From NCBI GenBank assembly GCA_963708075.1, contig OY970194.1, positions 5,280,001 through 5,344,000 of the forward strand: a DNA stretch of 64,000 bases, read 5' to 3'. The translations under genes were made by a program, and so were the position numbers. This DNA comes from Sedimentisphaerales bacterium (GTDB lineage Bacteria; Planctomycetota; Phycisphaerae; Sedimentisphaerales; Anaerobacaceae). Positions 29,565 to 40,163 of this stretch are shown here, piece after piece (within the stretch, counting starts at the first letter, position 1; every line of letters begins with the position of its first letter). The notes under the pieces are model-generated. The model was not told the DNA's origin and did not search any database. It was given only the letters and a program-made list of their open reading frames with translations.

Positions 29565-30220
29565 ATGGCAAAGACAGTATCGTTAGAGGCACAGATTCGA
29601 CAGAACATCGGCTCGAAGGCGGCTTCGGCGGCCCGCAAACAAGGCCGCATCCCCGCCGTCGTGTACGGTCACCAGGAGCAAGCCGTGGCGATCTCGCTGA
29701 ACGCCCATGATTTTCTCGAAGGGCTTCATCACGGGCAGCGGCTGATGGATCATCACGATCGACGGGAACACGCGAAAAGATGCTCATCAAGGAGCTGCAG
29801 TACGACCATCTCGGCCGCGAGGTCGTCCACGTCGACCTGATGCGCGTCGATGTGACGGAAATGATCACGGTGAGCGTGCCGCTCGAGCTCAAGGGCATGG
29901 CCAAGGGCGTGGCAGGAAGGCGGCGTCATCGAGTCGCACACGAACCACCTCGAGGTGGAGTGCCTGGCGATCAACATTCCTGAGATGATCGTCGTGTCGG
30001 TCAAGGAGCTGGATGTGGACCAGTCGATCCACGCCGGCGACGTTCAAGCTGCCCGAGGGTGTGACGCTCGTCACTCCGGCCGAGGTCCTTGTCGTCGTCT
30101 GCCGCGTGCTGCCAGGAGACCAAGACCACCGAGCAGGTAGAGGCGGAAGCCCCGGCGGCTCCTGAGGTCATCACGGAGAAGAAGCCTGAAGAGGGCGCTG
30201 CGGAAGAAGAGAAGAAGTGA
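29565..30220 (+). CDS. rplY: 50S ribosomal protein L25/Ctc (frameshifts)
   Basis: R.QGRIPAVVYG, KELQYD...HVDL.RV, PEVITEKK. Confidence 0.93.
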
Positions 30221-30250
30221 TTTGGCCGTGCTGAGCGGAGACCGGAACCG

Positions 30251-30832
30251 ATGGCTGACGTCAGGCTTGTTGTCGGTCTGGGAAATCCGGGTCCGGAGTA
30301 CGCCGAGACGCGGCACAACCTGGGCTTCAAGGTGATCGAGACCCTGGAGGATGCGTCTGGGAATCGAGGTCAAGCAGCGGAAGTTCAACGCCCGGATCGG
30401 CGAAGGCGTCTATGCGGGCACGCGGCTGATCCTGATGAAGCCGTGGAAGTTCATGAACCGCAGCGGGGAGTCCGTGGCCACGGCCGTGGGCTTCTACAAG
30501 CTGGACCTGCGCGACCTGATCGTGGTCACGGACGACATGGCCCTGGAGATCGGTCGGATCCGCGTGCGGGCCCAGGGCTCGGCCGGCGGGCACAACGGGT
30601 TGGCCGACATCATTGAGAAGCTCGGGTCCAACGAGTTTGCCCGCTGCCGCGTCGGGATCGGCCAGTGCGCCGGGCGCCGAGGCGGTCGGCTACGTGCTGG
30701 GCCGGCCGCGAGCCGCAGGAAAAGCCGCTGCTGAACCAGGCGATTCTCAGGGCCCGCGACGCCGTGCTGTGCTGGCTGCGGTTTGGCATCGAGAAAACGA
30801 TGAATGAGTTCAACAGGGTGCAGGAGCAATGA
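30251..30832 (+). CDS. pth: Peptidyl-tRNA hydrolase (frameshifts)
   Basis: VGLGNPG.EY..TRHN.GF, KP..FMN.SG, GGHNGL. Confidence 0.95.
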
Positions 30833-30894
30833 CCGCGCTGGATTGGTTGAGCGTGAGTGGCATTACTCACAATCGGGAGGTCATAGGTTCACAA

Positions 30895-31378
30895 ATGGCT
30901 GCAAAGCGATTGTACGAAGGGATGTTTCTGGTGGATTCGGCCCTGGCGACCGCCGACTGGGATGGCACGCTGGCCATGGTCGACAATATCCTGAAACGGG
31001 CGGATGCGGAAATCGTCGCGCTCCGCAAGTGGGGCGAGCGCAAACTCGCCTACGACATCGAGCACAAGACGCGCGGGACGTACATCCTGGCGTACTTCAA
31101 GGCCGACGACGCAGCGGATCGGAGGCATCGAGAAGGACGTGCAGCTCTCCGAGAAGATCATGCGTGTTTTGATCCTCACGACGGAAGGCCGGCCGCCGGA
31201 CCTGATCGACCGGGATATCGCCGGTCTGCCCAAGCCGGAGCCGGTGCCTGAGCCTGAGCCCGCAGGGCCGGCTCGCCGCCCGGCGCCCGTTGGCGTGGGC
31301 GACGAGGGCCCCGCGATCGGGGAAGAGGAAGGCGCCGAGCCGGAGATGGCGTCGGAGCCCGGGCCCGAGGAGCCGTAA
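30895..31378 (+). CDS. rpsF: 30S ribosomal protein S6 (frameshift)
   Basis: YEGMFL, WGERKLAY.I, G.Y.L.YF; acidic tail. Confidence 0.93.
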
Positions 31379-31491
31379 CCCCCGGCGGATCGGCCGACGC
31401 AGGGAAGTCGGAAATGATATCCGCTGCGCCCGTCGCTGGAGTGAACGGGCGTGCAGCGGGTGGTGGCAGTTAGTTTTACAGGAGCAGTCTT

Positions 31492-31925
31492 ATGGCTGGC
31501 TTTAACAAGGTTCTGCTGATGGGCAATCTGACGCGCGACCCACAGCTTTCGTACACGCCGAACCAGACCGCGGTCGTGGACTTCGGCGTCGCGACGAATC
31601 GACGTGGACCGGCCAGGACGGAACGCAGCGCGACGAGACGTGTTTTGTGGACTGCCGGGCCTTCGGGCGCACGGCGGAGAATATCAACAAATTCTTCAAA
31701 AAGGGCAAGCCGATCTTCCTCGAAGGCCGGCTGACGTTTGACAGTTGGACGGCCCAGGACGGATCCAAAAAGAGCAAGCTCCGGGTGACGGTCGAGAACT
31801 TCCAGTTCCTGCCGGGCACCGGAGGCGGACCGAGTGGGCCCGAGCAGGAGCCCGGACCCGATTCCGATGCCCCGCCGCAGGGACGCCCCGCCGGCCAGAT
31901 ACCCGATTCGGACATACCATTTTAG
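31492..31925 (+). CDS. ssb: Single-stranded DNA-binding protein (frameshifts)
   Basis: NKV.L.GNLTRDP, EGRL, C-terminal DIPF. Confidence 0.95.
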
Positions 31926-31939
31926 TTGTGAGGTGATAC

Positions 31940-32204
31940 ATGGCAATGCGACAACAGAGAACCAAAACACCCAGACGAAGAACCGGCTTCAGCGGCCCGC
32001 GCGATCAGACGCAGTGCCGGTTCTGCCGGGGCGGCGTCAGAGTACATCGATTACAAGGATGTCGAGACCCTGCAGAAGCTGCTGACCAACCGGGGCAAGA
32101 TCTATTCGCGCAAGCGCAGCGGCAATTGTGCCGGCTGCCAGAGGAAAGCCAAGGCCGCCATCAAGCGGGCCCGGTTCATGGCCCTGCTGCCGTATACCAC
32201 GTAA
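31940..32204 (+). CDS. rpsR: 30S ribosomal protein S18, Zn-binding (C+) type (frameshift)
   Basis: [30 protein letters not shown]. Confidence 0.93.
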
Positions 32205-32224
32205 GCGCGGGTTATTGAGGATTC

Positions 32225-32290
32225 GTAGGGTGGGGCTTGCCCCACCGTCTATCTACCAGGATTGTTCATGGTGGGGCGCACCCACCCTAC
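32225..32290. repeat. GTAG-family REP doublet inside the ribosomal operon
   Basis: gtagggtggggcttgccccacc...ggtggggcgcacccaccctac; relatives at 13402, 13460, 36057-36111. Confidence 0.75.
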
Positions 32291-32305
32291 AACGAGGTAT
32301 TGACG

Positions 32306-32810
32306 ATGAAAGTACTACTTTGCGAGGATGTGAAGAAACTCGGCTGGCTCGGTGACGTTGTGGACGTTCCCGAAGGCTACGCCCGGAACTACCTGCTGCC
32401 GCAGAGGCTGGCGAAAGTGGCGACGGAGGGCAACATCAAGTCCATCGCCCAGGAGAAGGCCAAGCGGTCCGAGCAGCGGCTCCAGGAGCGCCGGCGGTCT
32501 GGAGAAGGCCGCGCAGGCTGTCAACGGCGCCGAGGCCGTCGTGGCCGCCAAGGCCAACGAGCAGGGGATTCTGTTCGGTTCCATCAGCGAGTCGATGATC
32601 GCCGCCAATCTGCGGGCCCAGAGCTTCGAGGTGGCCGACGAGATCGTGAAGCTGCCCGAGCACATCAAGCAGCTCGGCACGCACGAGGTGACTCTGAAGT
32701 TCGCCGACGATGTCACTGCGACGATCCGCGTCGTGGTCGTTCCGGAGCAGGTTGAGGCCCCGGAGGGGGCTGCCCCCGCCGCGGAGGCACAACCAGAAGA
32801 GCAGGAATAG
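32306..32810 (+). CDS. rplI: 50S ribosomal protein L9 (frameshift)
   Basis: [33 protein letters not shown]. Confidence 0.95.
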
Positions 32811-32919
32811 GATCCGCCCGAGGCACTGTCTTACGACGATCCGAGCCGGTGCAGGCGGCGTCAAGTCGGCCATGTACCTGTTCGCCTCGCGATGAGATGT
32901 CGTCGCTCTTGATGAATTG

Positions 32920-32966
32920 AAGCGGCCCATATGCATGTTATCATGCTGTGGGCCGCTTGCGTTTTC
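32920..32966 (+). terminator. Possible terminator hairpin after rplI
   Basis: aagcggccc...gggccgctt followed by gcgtttt. Confidence 0.4.
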
Positions 32967-33339
32967 AGACGGCTCACATGGCCTGGAACCACGTACGAGA
33001 GGGGTCAAAATGGCTGTCCGAGTCGTCCGAAAAAATCTTCAAAGAAAATTGGATTTTGTGAACCGGGGCTGTGGGGGCCCGTACGGGTACATGATTTTGG
33101 GGGGCCGTAGGAGAGAAGGACGCCTCGAAACGGTCCACGAGTGAGTGAACGATAGAGAGACCCAGAGGAACGGTGAATTATTCGGGCTTTGAGGCTATGG
33201 CGGTAAACGGAATAATAACCTGTCAAACCCTACCCTTGGATCCGGCTTGCATTCCAAAGTAACACTCTCCTTCTGAGATATGCTGCCGCTGCGATCCGCT
33301 CCGGCGGCAGTGACTAAGCCATCCACAGGGCCTCCAACC

Positions 33340-33374
33340 AAAAGGCCGCGAGCTACACACGCTCGCGGCCTTTT
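33340..33374. terminator. Bidirectional intrinsic terminator
   Basis: aaaaggccgcgagc-tacacac-gctcgcggcctttt. Confidence 0.8.
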
Positions 33375-33398
33375 ATCGTTCGTGCGCGGCCTTTCATT

Positions 33399-33553
33399 GG
33401 CTTCGTTCCAGTTCCTTGAGGTCTGGGTGGCAGCGTCAAGCGCAGCTTGGCGATGGTTTGCCTATTCGCCATCGCCAAGGCCTTCGGCCTTGACGCTGCC
33501 ACCCGGCTACATAGCTTGCACAGGCCCAATCTCAAGAATGGGGGACGTTGCCC
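33399..33553. mobile_element. MITE family B, degenerate copy
   Basis: Reverse-orientation relative of 42119-42263 with gggtggcagcgtcaag...cttgacgctgccaccc core; flanks ctttcatt/ccttcgtt (6/8). Confidence 0.7.
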
Positions 33554-33563
33554 CTTCGTTTGA

Positions 33564-34877
<1,314 letters not shown>

Positions 34878-35219
34878 TTACACTCAGTCAAGATGTCCCT
34901 GCTCCGCTGCCCGCCGAGGGCGTCACGGGGATGAACGTCATCCAGCGCTCGATCTACACGCTTTGCGTACGCACATCTGCCCAATTTGTTTCCCAAAGGT
35001 CCCCGGATGCCATTCCGCCTGGACATTGTACGATCACAGGAGGACAGCCAATTTCCCACGGTTCCCGTAGTGGTGCTCTGATATACCCAGGCTCAATTCC
35101 TGTCAAGGACAATCGCAGCAAGCAGATCCTCTGGCTTTGTTCGGCCGGGCCGGTCCAGTGCGTGGCGAGGCCATTCCCCGCCTGCGCGGGGACAGGCTCT
35201 GGCCTCGCCTGGCAGGCCA

Positions 35220-35733
35220 AATTGGCTTTGTTTCGCAGACCACGCCCGCCCCCGGCGGGGAGGGGCGGCCCCGGCAATGGGCTTTGTTTCGCGCGGTAGG
35301 CCGAGCGTCGCCACTCGCCCCGGTCGGGCAGGCCGAATTGGCTTTGTTTCACAAGATCATCCACGCGCTCCCCTCCAGCCTGCCGCCTTCCCTCAGCCAA
35401 TTGGCTTTGTTTCGCGCCGGCCTGCCGCACTAGTCTTCTCCAGGTGCCCCATCCCGCCCAAGTTTGGCTTTGTTTCGCAGACCACGCCCGCCCTCGGCGG
35501 GGAGGGACGACCCCGGTAATTGGCTTTGTTTCGCAGAATAGCCCTGGCTCGTAGTGCCGCAAGGCGTTCGTGGCGAGGGCGTCCCACCCTTGTCTTCCGC
35601 CCCGAATTGGCTTTGTTTCATACAATTGGCCATGTGGCTCCCTCGTCCCGGCCGCGGGTCCCGGGGCATATTGGGTTTGTTTCGCATCGCCATCCTCCCC
35701 CCATGTCGGTCCCCGGAATTGGCTTTGTTTCGA
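35220..35733. repeat. Array of nine 17-bp direct repeats AATTGGCTTTGTTTCGC with variable spacers
   Basis: Copies at 35220, 35276, 35336, 35399, 35462, 35518, 35605, 35669, 35717. Confidence 0.92.
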
Positions 35734-36027
35734 AGAATCGTTCATCCGTCCTCATTCCGTATTCCGCAGTTCCCGGCCCCCCCAACCTCCCGGGACTTAC
35801 GATTCTTGATCTTTGATTTTTGAAGTGTGATTTGATAGTTGGTCATAGGCCCATATACTAGAGACGCTCGCCGAGCCGGATTGTTGCAACAAGTTTCTGT
35901 TAGCTGGTGAAAATAATTACAACCTGTTGTAGCCCGGTGCCATACAGTGCTGTGTTGTCGTGCATCGACCTGGAAGACCCGCCCCTGCCCCGCCCTACCC
36001 CGTGGCAGCCCCCCCGCATGGCGGCGC

Positions 36028-36139
36028 CGTTCGTAGTGACGCCGTAAGGCGTTCCCGTAGCATGGGCGTCCCGCCCATGAATCTCAAATCACGGGCAAAA
36101 TGCCCGTGCTACCATGCCCTTACGGGCACACTACAAACG
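36028..36139. repeat. Nested palindromic repeat (CGTTYGTAGTG ends enclosing a GTAG REP doublet)
   Basis: cgttcgtagtg...gtagcatgggcgtcccgcccatg...cacgggcaaaatgcccgtgctac...cactacaaacg. Confidence 0.7.
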
Positions 36140-36467
36140 AGCCGATCCGTCTGCTGCAAACGCCGGTTTTCCTTCACAGACACGCCCCGGCCTTCGGCCG
36201 CAATCAAGACCGCGATAGCCGAAAGAAGCGAAAAGGAGCGAAAAGATCATGTAGGCCGGCCGTCCCCAACTGGGGCAACCGCCAGACGCAGCCGCTTGAA
36301 GGCTGGGCTACAAGGCATACCGTTTTCTTTGCGTCTTCCTTCGCTCTTGTCGGCTCTCCGTTTCATTCCTTCCTCCTGTTCGTCCTTTCGGCTGCCCTTG
36401 TTGAGCCCGCCCGCAGGATGGGCCCGTGACCGACGCCGCTATCTTCCCGAAATTCTCGCCCGCCCGC

Positions 36468-36496
36468 TTGACCCGCCCGGGCGGACAAGTTACAAT
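36468..36496 (+). promoter_or_regulatory. sigma70 promoter
   Basis: TTGACC-N17-TACAAT. Confidence 0.6.
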
Positions 36497-36692
36497 CACG
36501 GATGACAGTTGGAGCGAATCGCATGGTGGCAGTGCTGGAGACGGACAATCTCAGGGACTCGCTCGGTACACATGGGGCAATCGTTGGTCCACGCGTCGCG
36601 GGACGGAGTTACAACGGCCCTCTTCAACCTAAACGCGTAACTTAAGGGCCGACCCCCAAAAGTCCCTGGGCGGTAAGAGAAGGGAGATACAC

Positions 36693-37322
36693 ATGGCGAA
36701 ACGGAAGGTCGGAGAGTTGCTTCGGATCAACCTGACGGTTCCACTCTGGTTCATCATCGGTGCGGGTGTGCTCGCCTTTCTTATCAGCTATCTCTGCGCA
36801 GCACAACACCGAGACCAGATCAAGTTTGCAGCCGTTCTCCTCGGTGCCGCCGCCGGGATCTACAGCGCGTACTATGTCGGTGCTGCCCTGCGTTTGCAGC
36901 TTTCAAGAGAGCGCCAGAAGGCAAGCTTCGAGCTGCTCGGCCTGCTGAATCGACCTGAATTCGTCAAAGTGAGAAACTTCCTGGAAAGGGAAGTTGAAGG
37001 GCACGAGAAACTCTCCGCTGAAGAGCTCTACGCCAAGGTCGATGGGAACGATGAACTGGATAACGCTGTAACAGTGGTGATGGACATTCTGGAGGACATG
37101 TCGATAGCGATCCAGAACGACTACGCTGAGGAAGAGATTCTCCGTCTATCTCTGGTGTGTATCGTCGAGCGGAATTGGAATGGTCTGCGTGGCTGGGTCG
37201 AGCAACTTCGCAAGAAGCATGGCGATCAAAGACTGTTTTCGGAACTCCAGAAGCTCGCGACAAGCTGGGAGTCGGGAAAGCGCCTATGCGATGGGCGGGA
37301 ACTCCCAGTGCTTCCCAAGTGA
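36693..37322 (+). CDS. Membrane-anchored hypothetical protein, DUF4760-like
   Basis: Two TM helices, then ILEDMSIAI...W..L..WVE.LR......F.ELQKLA..W pattern; AAGGGAG RBS. Confidence 0.65.
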   Translation: MAKRKVGELLRINLTVPLWFIIGAGVLAFLISYLCAAQHRDQIKFAAVLLGAAAGIYSAYYVGAALRLQLSRERQKASFELLGLLNRPEFVKVRNFLEREVEGHEKLSAEELYAKVDGNDELDNAVTVVMDILEDMSIAIQNDYAEEEILRLSLVCIVERNWNGLRGWVEQLRKKHGDQRLFSELQKLATSWESGKRLCDGRELPVLPK

Positions 37323-37561
37323 TTGACGTTAGGGCGGGCCCTACCGCGACACTTAATTCAGACTCGCAATGAGTATTGTGCCCCCGGAATCTCCCGTAAC
37401 TTCGCGACGGACTAAGGGCTCCCCCACGTCCCGTTGGCTTTCCTTTTAAACTCGCGCCTCACGTTCGGTGGAATTTGGTATGGTGTCACGGCAATTCACC
37501 GCAATTCCCATAAAGCTTGCCATGCGTGGTCACCATCCTTGGACGTTTCCGCGTGGGGTAG

Positions 37562-37723
37562 TTACTTGCCCTTCTTCCCGCCACGCCCCGTGTCACCGTG
37601 TCCGGGGAGCGGGATGTTTTCCTTTTGCGTCGTCGCCGGCCGCTTGTCGGCTTCTTTCAGCGGAATGAACTTCCCAGTGCGTGAGTCACGCGCGCCTCGT
37701 CGTGCTTGCCGGTCTTTGGCCAT
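37562..37723 (-). CDS. Small basic protein, 53 aa (below ORF-track cutoff)
   Basis: MAKDRQARRGARDSRTGKFIPLKEADKRPATTQKENIPLPGHGDTGRGGKKGK; strong AGAAAGGAG RBS. Confidence 0.7.
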   Translation of the reverse strand: MAKDRQARRGARDSRTGKFIPLKEADKRPATTQKENIPLPGHGDTGRGGKKGK

Positions 37724-37907
37724 CTGATAGCTCCTTTCTGTTCAATGCAATCCTTACAAGACTCGAATAGACTACCCGATCAGAATGGTCGCCGCAAGGC
37801 AAGACGACGCCATTATCCGGTTTCAACGGGTCTTCGAGGGTCGGGTATCCATATAGGATTCTTGTCAAGTACAAGAATATTCTCTCTGAACCGAAATCTT
37901 TACGGGG

Positions 37908-38084
37908 TCAGGGGCCAGCCCTTAAGTCAAGCGTTAAGGGTGGCGGGGGGTCTTTGAGTTTGGCGGCGATGGTGGCTACCGTGACTTGCAGGCGTTTGTT
38001 TGATTCAAGGGCCTGGGCGAGCTTGCGCAGTTGGAGACTGACGGCCGCCCCGGTGGCGATGCCCAGTATGTGGGCCGCCTGCCG
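37908..38084 (-). pseudogene. C-terminal HTH-like remnant, probably of a second RAYT
   Basis: RQAAHILGIATGAAVSLQLRKL...; stop codon inside a CTGACCCC end motif, as for 3341. Confidence 0.5.
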
Positions 38085-38131
38085 TTAGGCTTGTGCAGCG
38101 TTTTGAATATCAGTTATGAGACAGGCGGATA

Positions 38132-38160
38132 TTGACTAAGGTGCGGGGGTGCGGTATTCT
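38132..38160 (+). promoter_or_regulatory. sigma70 promoter of aspS
   Basis: TTGACT-N17-TATTCT. Confidence 0.55.
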
Positions 38161-38231
38161 GGGTGGTTTGCCCGGCGCTTGTGCTGCGCGCTAAGGGGCC
38201 ACTGAAATCAACTATTGTCGAAAGCGTCAGA

Positions 38232-40042
38232 ATGCTGAAAAGAACACACAACTGCGGCGAGCTTCGCCTGGAAGACACGGGCAAGAAGGTCATACTATCC
38301 GGCTGGGTCCAGTCCTATCGGGACCACGGCAACCTGGTGTTTTTCGATTTACGAGACCGGGAGGGGCTGACGCAACTGGTGTTTGACCCCGAGATCCAGG
38401 CGGAGCCACACCGAATGGCCCGCACGGTCCGCTGCGAGTGGGTCGTCGCCGCCAGCGGCACGGTTCGGCCGAGGAGCGAGGGCATGGAGAACCCCAAGCT
38501 GGTCACCGGGCAGATCGAAGTGATCGTGGACCGGCTGGAGATCCTCAATATGGCCAGGACCCCGCCGTTCGACATCGACGACGAGATCCGCACCAACGAG
38601 GAAACCCGGCTGGAGTACCGCTACATCGATCTTCGCCGGCCTTCGATGCAGCAAAAGCTGCGGACCCGCCATCGCGTCACGTCGCTCGTGCGCAAGTACT
38701 TTGACGAGAAGGGTTTCTGGGAGATCGAGACTCCCATGCTGGCCAAGAGCACGCCGGAGGGGGCCAGGGACTTCCTCGTGCCCAGCCGCCTGGTGCGAGG
38801 CTCCTTCTACGCCTTGCCCCAGTCGCCCCAGTTGTTCAAGCAGATCCTGATGATGAGCGGCATGGACAAGTACTTCCAGATCGTCCGCTGCTTCCGCGAT
38901 GAGGACCCGCGGGCCGACCGCCAGGCGGAGTTCACGCAGATCGACGTGGAGATGAGCTTCGTCGAGTCCGATGACGTCATTCGGATGCATGAGCCGCTGA
39001 TCGCCCGGATCTGGAAGGAGATCGCGGGGATCGACGTGCCGCTGCCCATCCGCAGAATGCCATACTCCGAGGCGATGCGGGATTACGGCATCGACCGGCC
39101 CGACCTGCGGTTCGACATGAAGCTCAAGGATATCTCCGACCTTGCCCGCCAGAGCACCTTCAAAGTGTTCGTCTCGACCATCGAGAATGGGGGCGTGGTC
39201 AAAGGTTTGTGCGCCCGGCCGGCGACAAGTACTCGCGAAGCGATATCGACAAGACGCTCACGGGCCTTGTGATGGACTATGGCGCCAAAGGCCTGTCCTG
39301 GGGCAAGCTGAAAATGGAGGGCGGAACGCCCTCGTTCGTCGGCGGGCTCGGCAAGTTCTTCACTCCCGAGCAGCAGAAGCAGTTGGTCGAGCGCTTCGGG
39401 GCCAAAGACGGCGATATATTGCTGGTCGTGGCCGACAAAGAGGCCGCGGCGAACAAGGCGCTGGCGCCGCTTCGATGCCGGGTGGCCAGGGACCTGAAAA
39501 TGTACGATCCGAGCAAGTTCGAATTTGTTTGGGTCGTAGACTTCCCGCTGTTCGAATGGAACGAGGATGACAAGCGGTTCGATTCCGTCCATCATCCGTT
39601 TACAGCCCCGGTAGCCGAGGACCTGCTCAAGCTCGAAACCGATCCGGGCCACATCCGCTCCCAGGCGTATGACATCGTCGTCAACGGCAGCGAGGTCGGC
39701 GGCGGAAGCATTCGTATCCACAGGCCCGAGGTCCAGCAGAAAGTCTTCGATCTGCTCAACATCACGCGGGAGCAGGCGGAAGTACGGTTCGGTTTCTTCC
39801 TCAAGGCTCTGGACTACGGTGCCCCGCCCCACGGCGGCATCGCCCTTGGACTGGACAGGCTCATCATGATGCTGACCGGCACGGACAACATCCGCGACGT
39901 GATCGCGTTCCCCAAGACGCAGAGGGGCCAGTGCCTCATGACCGGCGCTCCCAGCGAGGTCGATCAGAAGCAGCTCGATGAGCTTAACCTGCGGACGCAA
40001 AAGCACTTACACGCGGACGAGGAGAAGCCCAAGCAACCGTAG
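38232..40042 (+). CDS. aspS: Aspartate-tRNA ligase, likely non-discriminating (one frameshift about 39212)
   Basis: [51 protein letters not shown]. Confidence 0.97.
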
Positions 40043-40163
40043 GACGGCTGGATTGATGACTGACAATTGATGATTTTGAGTTGTCCGGCGCAGCGAAACA
40101 CTTAGAATGGCCTTCACGGCAACGGTCCGGCAATGATCAATAATCAGTGGTCAATTACGAGCT

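Noticed and set aside
27272..32810. Pseudogenisation or programmed frameshifting of core genes
   Set aside because: Genes are essential and well conserved in both frames, with no consistent slippery motif; sequencing error is more likely
35220..35733. Canonical CRISPR array
   Set aside because: Repeat is only 17 bp and degenerate, spacers range 31-70 bp, one spacer is repeated, and no cas genes are in the window; kept as an unexplained array
34954..35745. 263-aa ORF over the repeat array
   Set aside because: The repeat is read in three different frames and the composition is low-complexity; likely spurious
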